Virus record (IMG/VR): IMGVR_UViG_3300020045_001036
Coordinates: 1 to 64,000 of that record
DNA length: 64,000 nucleotides
Origin: a virus
Strand: one strand, 5' to 3'
Below the pieces are notes generated by a model. That model saw only the letters and a list, made by a program, of their open reading frames with translations, searched no databases and was not told where the DNA came from. A program made the position numbers and the translations under genes. Positions 56,606 through 64,000 of this stretch are shown here, piece after piece (position 1 is the stretch's first letter; the number at the start of each line of letters is the position of its first letter).

Positions 56606-57433
56606 ATGCTAATAGATTTAACACAAGGTTATGGTGAGTTTAGTACTCACAAGCTATTCCAATTTCCTGATGGTTCAATTAAATTTGAATTATCAGTGTA
56701 CATAGATCCTTCTGACAGTTTTAGAGGAGATACTATTGTAAAAACTAGGTTAAGAAATCATGAGGATATTTTCACTCTAGCATTAGTAAAAGATGTATTA
56801 GACAGAAGATTACCTACACAAACACATAGAGTTAAGATAGATTATATGATGTATCAACAAGATGATAGATTATTTGATATTAAAGAATCTTTTGGTCTTA
56901 AAGTTGTATGTAAATTCATTAATGATATGAAGTGGGATGAAGTAATTATATTTGCTCCACATTCTGATAAAGTAGAATTTATTGACAAGGTAAGAATTGT
57001 AGATAACGAATTATTTGTAGCTCAGGCTTTAAGAGAAATAGAATTTGGGCATGGAGCTGTATGGGTAATACCTGATGCTGGAGCTTTTAAAACTCAAATG
57101 AAGATGATTCAAAAAATGCATCATAAAAGATTTATTTCTTGTTCTAAGTCTAGAGATTCTAAAACAGGTGTCATAACTACTAGTATACCAGATGGGGATT
57201 TAGGTGGACAAGATTGTTTTATAGTAGATGATATTTGTTTAGGTGGAGCTACATTTGTAGCTATAGCTGAGAAATTAAAAGCGCAGAACTGTGGTAAAAT
57301 ATATCTTGTAATATCTCATGGTATATTTAATAGAGGTTTAACACATTTATTTGATGAATTTGAATATATCTATACTACAAATTCTATCTGTGATTATGAA
57401 GGATCTGGTAACTTAAAAGTATTCAAGATATGA
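56606..57433 (+). CDS. Ribose-phosphate pyrophosphokinase-like protein (NARP1 Adps candidate)
   Basis: FPDG, QQDDR, PHS, PDAGA, K.RD..TG, IVDDICLGGATF, SHGIF. Confidence 0.85.
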   Translation: MLIDLTQGYGEFSTHKLFQFPDGSIKFELSVYIDPSDSFRGDTIVKTRLRNHEDIFTLALVKDVLDRRLPTQTHRVKIDYMMYQQDDRLFDIKESFGLKVVCKFINDMKWDEVIIFAPHSDKVEFIDKVRIVDNELFVAQALREIEFGHGAVWVIPDAGAFKTQMKMIQKMHHKRFISCSKSRDSKTGVITTSIPDGDLGGQDCFIVDDICLGGATFVAIAEKLKAQNCGKIYLVISHGIFNRGLTHLFDEFEYIYTTNSICDYEGSGNLKVFKI

Positions 57434-57579
57434 AAAAACAATTAGAAAGAGAGTATTTAGAATGCCCTAGATGTAAACTAAACAACTTCGATGAGTCTGA
57501 ATTTTGGGGTTGTCCTAGAGGTTCTTGTGAAGTAGAGTGTAAAGGAACTTTAGTAACTACAGTAGAAGTTATAGAATGA
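57430..57579 (+). CDS. 49-aa Cys-rich protein
   Basis: CPRC...CPRGSCE; overlaps both neighbours by ATGA. Confidence 0.5.
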   Translation: MKKQLEREYLECPRCKLNNFDESEFWGCPRGSCEVECKGTLVTTVEVIE

Positions 57580-57767
57580 TGAAAGACTATAATAAGCTGG
57601 TTAGAGAAATAGAAAAAGATCCTGCTTATGTCCTTAATAAATCTGGAAGAAGGAATACGATGAAGTTAACTCATATTGAGACTAATCAAATGTATTCCAT
57701 TCATCCGGGTAATAACGCAGTAATGCCATTAAAAAGATGGATGGCTAAAATAAAAAACAATGAGTAA
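57576..57767 (+). CDS. Small basic protein, HicA-like fold candidate
   Basis: Helix-3 strands-helix pattern, KLTH...SIHP. Confidence 0.4.
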   Translation: MMKDYNKLVREIEKDPAYVLNKSGRRNTMKLTHIETNQMYSIHPGNNAVMPLKRWMAKIKNNE

Positions 57768-58548
57768 AAGATTTGTAATGGGAGACATTCATGGGAATTA
57801 TAAAGCTCTTATGCAATGTCTAGAAAGATCTGGTTTTGATTATGAAAAAGATACACTAATCCAATTAGGAGATGTAGTAGATGGTCATTCAGAATCTTTT
57901 GAAGTAGTAGAGGAACTACTTAAAATAAAAAACCTCATAAGTATTAAAGGTAATCATGATGATTGGTTCTTTAAGTGGATACAAACTGGAATTAATCCTT
58001 CGGGATGGGCACAAGGTCAAAAGGCCACGGGATTAAGTTACTTAACTCAAGCTAAACCAGCTTGGCCTTGGATGGTTTCTAATGAAGATTTATCAGGATT
58101 TACAGAAGCTATAGTAGTAACAGATATACCTTACAGACATAAAGAATTCTTTAAAAATCAGTTATCTTATTATAGAGATGAAGAGAATAATCTCTTTATC
58201 CACGGTGGATTTAATAGACATTTCTATCTTAAAGAACAAATTCAAGAAACTTTTTGGTGGGATAGAGACTTATGGAATGCGGCTCTATCTTTTGGGCACA
58301 TGTCAGAAATGGAAGGTACACCCAAGTATAAGTTTAAGATGATAGAGAACTTTAAAGAAGTTTTTATTGGTCATACAACTACAGAATGTTGGAAGAAAAC
58401 AGTACCTATGCATGCAGCTAATATCTGGAATTTAGATACTGGTGCTGGAATGTTTGGTAAGTTATCTATCATGAATGTAGACACTAAAGAATATTTCCAA
58501 AGTGATACAGGAAAAGAGTTGTATCCAGAATATACAGGAAGAAACTAG
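57760..58548 (+). CDS. Ser/Thr protein phosphatase-like metallophosphoesterase
   Basis: GDIHG, LGDVVD, GNHD, HGG, GHT, LDTGAG. Confidence 0.88.
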   Translation: MSKRFVMGDIHGNYKALMQCLERSGFDYEKDTLIQLGDVVDGHSESFEVVEELLKIKNLISIKGNHDDWFFKWIQTGINPSGWAQGQKATGLSYLTQAKPAWPWMVSNEDLSGFTEAIVVTDIPYRHKEFFKNQLSYYRDEENNLFIHGGFNRHFYLKEQIQETFWWDRDLWNAALSFGHMSEMEGTPKYKFKMIENFKEVFIGHTTTECWKKTVPMHAANIWNLDTGAGMFGKLSIMNVDTKEYFQSDTGKELYPEYTGRN

Positions 58549-59600
58549 TGGAACAAACAGTTTATAAAATAGATAGTAAAGGTAAATTAAGATTTATTAC
58601 TATTTCAGCAGTAGATGATACTATAGTACAAATAAGTGGATTACTGGGTGGTAACCCAGTTTCCAATATAAGTAAGTGTGAAGGAAAAAATATAGGAAAA
58701 ACTAATTCTACAACACCTCAAGAACAAGCTATAGTAGAAACTGCAGCTAAGATTAAGAAAAAACTTGATGAAGGTTACTATATAACTACAGAAGAAGCTA
58801 TTCAAGGTACTCTTATCTTACCAATGTTAGCTAAGGAATTTCAAGATGATAAAGTAATTTATCCTTGTTATGTACAACCTAAACTAGATGGTATGAGATG
58901 CTTAAAGGAGAGAGCTTCTATGAGATCCAGAAAAAATAAAGAGATAGAAACTGTAGGCCATATAGCCAAAGAAGATAGTGGAGATATTATTCTAGATGGA
59001 GAATTATATTCTCATGGATTAAGTTTTCAAGAAAATATGAAGCTTATTAAGAAGTATAGAAAGAATGTGACTGAAGCCATAAGATATCATGTGTATGATG
59101 TAGTTCTAGATAAACCTTTTAGAGAAAGAATGATAATCTTACAAGAATTACTACTTACTTTAAAATCTAATGTTATACTACTTGTACCTACATATACGGT
59201 GAATAATAAGAAGGAGTTAGAAGCATATCATATTCAGTTTATACAAGAAGGATATGAAGGTACTATAGTAAGACATACAGAGGCTTCTTATGAAATTAAT
59301 AAAAGAAGTTCACAATTGCTTAAGTATAAAGATTTCTTAGATGAAACTTTTACTATTGTAGATATATTACCTTCTGAAAGTAGACCGGAGCAAGGTGTTA
59401 TACATTGCGTAGGAATAGGTAATCAAAACCAAGCTTTTACTTTTGGTTGTGGTATGAAATTTTCTCATGCTGAAAGAGAAGAATTTTTAATTAATAAAAT
59501 AGACTACATAGGAAAGACTGCTGAGGTAAGATTCTTTGAACTTACTGATAATGGTATACCAAGATTTCCTGTATGTGTAGGTATAAGGTTAGATAAATAA
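58548..59600 (+). CDS. ATP-dependent DNA ligase
   Basis: PMLA, QPKLDGMR, LDGELY, YEGTIVR, LLKYK, PRFP. Confidence 0.92.
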   Translation: MEQTVYKIDSKGKLRFITISAVDDTIVQISGLLGGNPVSNISKCEGKNIGKTNSTTPQEQAIVETAAKIKKKLDEGYYITTEEAIQGTLILPMLAKEFQDDKVIYPCYVQPKLDGMRCLKERASMRSRKNKEIETVGHIAKEDSGDIILDGELYSHGLSFQENMKLIKKYRKNVTEAIRYHVYDVVLDKPFRERMIILQELLLTLKSNVILLVPTYTVNNKKELEAYHIQFIQEGYEGTIVRHTEASYEINKRSSQLLKYKDFLDETFTIVDILPSESRPEQGVIHCVGIGNQNQAFTFGCGMKFSHAEREEFLINKIDYIGKTAEVRFFELTDNGIPRFPVCVGIRLDK

Positions 59601-59612
59601 TAAAGATAAAAA

Positions 59613-59909
59613 ATGCAAACTAGTAAAGAGTATAAGGCAATTAAAAATTTCTTTCACAATGATCTTGGATTAAGTAGAGAAGAAATTAGAAAAATAGCTG
59701 TTGAAGCTATTAAAGAAGAAGCTCAATCTGTAGTTCATAGATTTGTACAAACAAAAGAAATTAGTGTAAGCACTATTTTAGAGGATCAACTTAAAAAAGA
59801 AATCAATAGACTTTTAAATGGATCTACGTACAACTCTCAATCTAGAGAATTAATGGGTATGATTGGTACACAGATAGCTAAACAAATTGAAATAAAAGTT
59901 AAGGTATGA
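59613..59909 (+). CDS. Hypothetical protein
   Basis: 98-aa helical ORF. Confidence 0.55.
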   Translation: MQTSKEYKAIKNFFHNDLGLSREEIRKIAVEAIKEEAQSVVHRFVQTKEISVSTILEDQLKKEINRLLNGSTYNSQSRELMGMIGTQIAKQIEIKVKV

Positions 59910-60199
59910 CAGCAACAGAATTTAATACTAAATACGATAAGTTCATAGAGAGAAGAACTTACTTGAATAAGTACAGTGAACTTATAGAACAAAAATTTGA
60001 TGGATTAGAGTTTGATATTCCTGAAGTAACAGAGTATTTAGATGTGGCATTCACACCTTTAGTTCTAATGCCAGGATTTACATTTACTCAAATTAAGTTA
60101 AAATTTGGAAGTGCTAGAGTTTATACTACAGCCCCTGGGGATATTAATCTTACAATAGAAAGAACAATCGATAAAATAATCAAAGAATTAAAAGTATGA
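59906..60199 (+). CDS. Conserved phage hypothetical protein
   Basis: QIKLKFGSARVY motif. Confidence 0.55.
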   Translation: MTATEFNTKYDKFIERRTYLNKYSELIEQKFDGLEFDIPEVTEYLDVAFTPLVLMPGFTFTQIKLKFGSARVYTTAPGDINLTIERTIDKIIKELKV

Positions 60200-61755
60200 T
60201 AGCAATGATAGCAGCCTTCCTTGCAGATGGCTACAAATTTGGCCATGCGCCAATGTTTCCTGTTGGAACAGAATATGCATATAGTAACTTTACTCCTAGA
60301 AGTAATAAATACGCACCTAAAGGATGTGATGAAGTAGTAGTATTTGGTACTACTTATGCAATGAAACAAATTCATAATGCATTTAAACATAGTTTCTTTG
60401 ATATTCCTAAGAGTCTTGTATTAGATCAAATTGAAGAAGTGTTAACTCCATACTTTGGTATGCCGTATGATTCAACTCCATTTGCTAAATTACATGATTT
60501 AGGTTATTTACCTATCAGGGTTAAAGCTTTACCGGAAGGTAGCTTATGCCCTATGAAAGTACCTATGTTGACTATAATAAATACTCATAAAGAGTTTTAT
60601 TGGTTACCTAACTTCTTAGAAACTATTCTTAGTAATTCTATGTGGAAACCAATGACATCTGCTACTATAGCATTTGGTTACAAGAAACTGTTAACTAAAT
60701 GGGCTTTAGCTACAGATAAGGATAATGTCGGATTTGTAGACTTTCAAGCACATGATTTCTCTATGAGAGGACTTGATAGTGTAGATGCTACTATTGCTTC
60801 AGGATTGGGCCATTTAACTTCATTTAAAGGAACAGATAGTCTACCTGCTATTATAGGAGCTAGACAATATTACAATGCTACTGGATTTGTAGCTGGTAGT
60901 GTACCTGCTTCTGAGCATTCAGTAATGTGTGCAGGAGGTAAAGAATCTGAGATTGAAACATTCAGAAGACTACTTAGAACTTTTGCTAAAGCTCCTGTAT
61001 TATCTGTAGTTTCAGATACATGGGACTTATGGAAAGTAGTAGGACCTGGTGGATATGTAGAGCAACTTAAAGAAGAGATACTAGCTGGTAATACTAAGTT
61101 AGTTATTAGGCCTGATAGTGGTGATCCAGTAGATATTATCTGTGGAGAACAAGTATTTGAGCATAAAGGTAAACTTTGTGTCGAAAGAGAAGTTAATCAT
61201 TTTCCAGGTTTAGAAACAATACCATTAACTGATGAAAGAGTTTCTACTAATCAAGTAAAAGGAGTAATTGAACTTCTATGGGATACTTTTGGAGGTACCG
61301 TTAATGAACAAGGTTATAAAGTATTACACCCTAAGATTGGAGCTATCTATGGTGATAGTATTACTCTTGATAGAGCTGAAGCTATATGTTCTAGATTAGC
61401 AGCTAAAGGATTTGCTAGTACTAATATTGTATTAGGAGTAGGTTCTTATACCTATCAAATGAATACTAGAGATACTTTTGGATTTGCTATGAAAGCTACT
61501 TGGGTTCAAGTAAATGGATTAGGTATTAGTATCTTTAAAGATCCTATTACTGATGATGGTATGAAGAAATCTGCTAGAGGTTTAATTCAAATTATCAAAC
61601 AAGATGGAAAACTTAAACTTAGAGATGGTATTGGTTGGAAAGAAGAGAGAGAAGGAGAATTAAAAGATCTTTATGTAGATGGAGTATTTTCTAATAAAGT
61701 AACTCTAGATCAAATTAGAGAGAAACTAAGTGATAAAGTATTAGGATGGACATAA
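60196..61755 (+). CDS. Nicotinamide phosphoribosyltransferase-like protein (NARP1 Namat candidate)
   Basis: DGYKFGH, HDFSMRG, SVPASEHS, VSDTWD, IRPDSG, IYGDSIT, GVGSY, RDT..FAMKAT, KKSARG. Confidence 0.92.
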   Translation: MIAMIAAFLADGYKFGHAPMFPVGTEYAYSNFTPRSNKYAPKGCDEVVVFGTTYAMKQIHNAFKHSFFDIPKSLVLDQIEEVLTPYFGMPYDSTPFAKLHDLGYLPIRVKALPEGSLCPMKVPMLTIINTHKEFYWLPNFLETILSNSMWKPMTSATIAFGYKKLLTKWALATDKDNVGFVDFQAHDFSMRGLDSVDATIASGLGHLTSFKGTDSLPAIIGARQYYNATGFVAGSVPASEHSVMCAGGKESEIETFRRLLRTFAKAPVLSVVSDTWDLWKVVGPGGYVEQLKEEILAGNTKLVIRPDSGDPVDIICGEQVFEHKGKLCVEREVNHFPGLETIPLTDERVSTNQVKGVIELLWDTFGGTVNEQGYKVLHPKIGAIYGDSITLDRAEAICSRLAAKGFASTNIVLGVGSYTYQMNTRDTFGFAMKATWVQVNGLGISIFKDPITDDGMKKSARGLIQIIKQDGKLKLRDGIGWKEEREGELKDLYVDGVFSNKVTLDQIREKLSDKVLGWT

Positions 61756-61964
61756 GAACGGATATAATTGGTAGAATAATAGAAATAGGTTGCAGGGTAG
61801 TTTATAATCCTCCTTATTATAAAGGTATAAAGGTTGCTATAGTTGTGGGCTTTGCTAAATCAGGCTTACCTATAATTGTGCCACAAGATCAGTATGAAGA
61901 GTATTTAGAAGATAATCACGGTTATAATGATACACCTAAAACAGGATTTGCAAGAATAGATTAA
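61746..61964 (+). CDS. Hypothetical protein
   Basis: 72-aa ORF. Confidence 0.5.
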   Translation: MDIRTDIIGRIIEIGCRVVYNPPYYKGIKVAIVVGFAKSGLPIIVPQDQYEEYLEDNHGYNDTPKTGFARID

Positions 61965-61968
61965 AACA

Positions 61969-62012
61969 AAAAAGAGAGATGTACCTTACGGTATGTCTCT
62001 CTTTATTTTTTT
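61969..62012. terminator. Bidirectional terminator between convergent gene blocks
   Basis: AAAGAGAGATGTACC-TTAC-GGTATGTCTCTCTTT flanked by A- and T-runs. Confidence 0.8.
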
Positions 62013-62013
62013 T

Positions 62014-64000
62014 CTAATATGAACTTTTTCTTTTCTTATGTCCAACTGAACCTTGTTGTCCTGATTCTATTCTTTCCATTATAGAAATATTAGACTCATC
62101 TTTTTTCTTTCTTGGGAATTTCTTTCTCATAGCTTTCTTAACAGCTTTATCTTTTTCTTCTTGAGGTAAGTTTGAATATTCTTCTTCAAATACAGTTCTA
62201 GCATCTTCTCTAAGAGCTTCATATCTCTTAGTAGCAATATATTCATCACCACCTTCACCATGTGTCTTAGCATAAGTATCAGTCCATTGAGTTTGATTAA
62301 ACTCATAAGAATCATGCCAAGGTAATTCTCCTTTAGTTAAAATACTAGGTAATGGAGATATTTTAGCTAAATCTTTCATAAATTTACCCTTCTCATTACC
62401 TGTCATTATATCTCCCATAACCTTCTTAGTATTTACTAGATATTCAAAGAAAGCTAATCTTTGAGCTGTAGTATATAATGCAGTAGGATCTGACCAAAGA
62501 TTAAATGAATCCACCATTCTAGATACTTGATTATCAAAGAAGGTGGCTAATTTTTTATCCTCATCGTCATCATCCGGACCAGTTAATAATGACTTACCTG
62601 CCCATAATAGAGCTACAAAAGTTAACTTAATAGCTACTTCTTTAGAGATAGCTTGTAGATTATTAATATCTGTTTGATTTAAATTAGTTCTTTCATCTAA
62701 AGGAACTTGTTCCTCAAGGCCTACCATTTTCTTTAAAGATACATTAGCATTGACAAATTCTAATGGATAATTTAAAGTATTGAATACCACATCAATAGCA
62801 AAATCAGTTAGACTATATAAAGTTTGAGCTTCAGCTACTAAATTTTTCTTATTATAATATTTTTTAGCCTGATCATAGCCTACACCTATAGCAATAGAAC
62901 TTGCAGCTATACTCACTGGGATAGCACCTATACCAAAACCAGCAATAGCACTTAATCCTAATACAGGAAACATGATATTCTTATTAGCCCATAAAGATCT
63001 ATATCTACCTTTTAATTTAGCCTCTCCTGTAGTTAAATCAAATCCTTCCCCAGAAGCATATCTTTGCATAAAATGCTCAGGCATCCATCTCATAAACATA
63101 GTAGACATTTTACCTAATAGATTGTTGGTAGCTTGAGTTACATCTAAGTTATCATAATTACCTTGTGATCTAGAGATAGCATTCTTAATCTTCATCCTAG
63201 TTAGGAAGTAAGAGTTATTTGAGGCATCTTGTTCATCTATATTAAAGTACTCCCAAGTAGTTAAATTCTTCTCTGTGGCAAATTCAGATTTAAGAACTAA
63301 GTTACCCTCTTTTACCTCATGTGCTGGGAATCCTTTTCCATCAAATATGGAAACTTCATTACCATCTTTATCTGTAATTTTAGTATCTTTTAAAATACTT
63401 AATAGGATAGCTCCTTGATTTTTCATTTCAGGATTATCTACAGCAAATTGAAAAGGATTTAACTTCTCTTCTATAATACCTGTTATACCAGATCCTGTAC
63501 TTTTTTCTAAATCACTTTTTCTATCTTGTATAAGACCCATACCATTAACAAGCATTTGAAACTTCTTTAATTCCTGTATGTGTTTATTTTTTAAACTATC
63601 TAAACCTGTAACTTTCATAAAATTACTACCAGCCATAAATTGATTAGCTTCTTGTAAATTACCTTTAGTCCAATACTTACCGGAAGCATCCATTATAAGT
63701 CCGGAATTCATACCTTCAATTCTATTAAAGACACCTGAAATAGGATTTAAGGCCATAGACTTTAACATTATTATTTTCATAATACCTTGAGCTATACCTG
63801 CAGCACTTGTATGTAATCCTAAAGATTCTATATGAGCATCAATTGTAGCTTTATCTAAACCTTCTATATCTCTACCTTTTAAATCTTGTAAATGTTTAAG
63901 CAATTCCTTCTCATTATCTGAAAGTAAGGCAGTACTTTTTGTATTTAGATAGTCTTTAAGCCAAGGTATAGTACCTGTTTTATCTAGTATCATATCTAAT
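62014..64000 (-). CDS. C-terminal part of a large virion (ejected/internal) protein, partial
   Basis: Frame open to the window edge; G.Y...D and F.RW.P....RY helical pattern; crAss-like position. Confidence 0.6.
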   Translation of the reverse strand, partial: LDMILDKTGTIPWLKDYLNTKSTALLSDNEKELLKHLQDLKGRDIEGLDKATIDAHIESLGLHTSAAGIAQGIMKIIMLKSMALNPISGVFNRIEGMNSGLIMDASGKYWTKGNLQEANQFMAGSNFMKVTGLDSLKNKHIQELKKFQMLVNGMGLIQDRKSDLEKSTGSGITGIIEEKLNPFQFAVDNPEMKNQGAILLSILKDTKITDKDGNEVSIFDGKGFPAHEVKEGNLVLKSEFATEKNLTTWEYFNIDEQDASNNSYFLTRMKIKNAISRSQGNYDNLDVTQATNNLLGKMSTMFMRWMPEHFMQRYASGEGFDLTTGEAKLKGRYRSLWANKNIMFPVLGLSAIAGFGIGAIPVSIAASSIAIGVGYDQAKKYYNKKNLVAEAQTLYSLTDFAIDVVFNTLNYPLEFVNANVSLKKMVGLEEQVPLDERTNLNQTDINNLQAISKEVAIKLTFVALLWAGKSLLTGPDDDDEDKKLATFFDNQVSRMVDSFNLWSDPTALYTTAQRLAFFEYLVNTKKVMGDIMTGNEKGKFMKDLAKISPLPSILTKGELPWHDSYEFNQTQWTDTYAKTHGEGGDEYIATKRYEALREDARTVFEEEYSNLPQEEKDKAVKKAMRKKFPRKKKDESNISIMERIESGQQGSVGHKKRKSSY

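Noticed and set aside
1-64000. Stop-codon reassignment, as in some crAss-like phages
   Set aside because: Genes are full length under code 11, TAG and TGA are used as true stops with coupled starts, and no suppressor tRNA is present

Overview
This window is a ~64-kb segment of an AT-rich crAss-like (Crassvirales-type) phage of a Bacteroidota host, probably Flavobacteriia. The host call rests on TTTG-N19/20-TAnnTTTG promoters and the crAss-type gene order. All protein calls come from motif recognition and synteny; no searches were run. Positions 1-17.8 kb (minus strand) hold tail/structural genes, major capsid protein, scaffold, portal, large terminase, a GroES-like chaperonin and a GH108 endolysin. 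Positions 17.8-18.8 kb are the divergence region, with a 4x repeated 20-bp motif. Positions 18.8-35 kb (plus strand) hold early accessory genes, a Ro60/TROVE gene, a tmRNA with a 32-aa tag, 9 tRNAs and many small structured RNA-like modules. Positions 35.7-62 kb hold PolA, helicases, primase, a Ubl-E2-JAB-E1 ubiquitin-like operon, ThyX, RNR, an Rnl2 RNA ligase, DNA ligase and a PRPS-like + NAMPT-like pair (NARP1-type). A partial large virion protein gene ends the window. The most notable observations are four: (1) a four-copy, covarying Y-RNA-like ncRNA family near Ro60, two copies of which carry anticodon stem-loops; (2) a circularly permuted tRNA (YrlA-like topology) open at the anticodon; (3) a phage-encoded ubiquitin-like conjugation system; and (4) accessory proteins carrying embedded fragments of capsid, terminase or RNR motifs, which may act as immune decoys.
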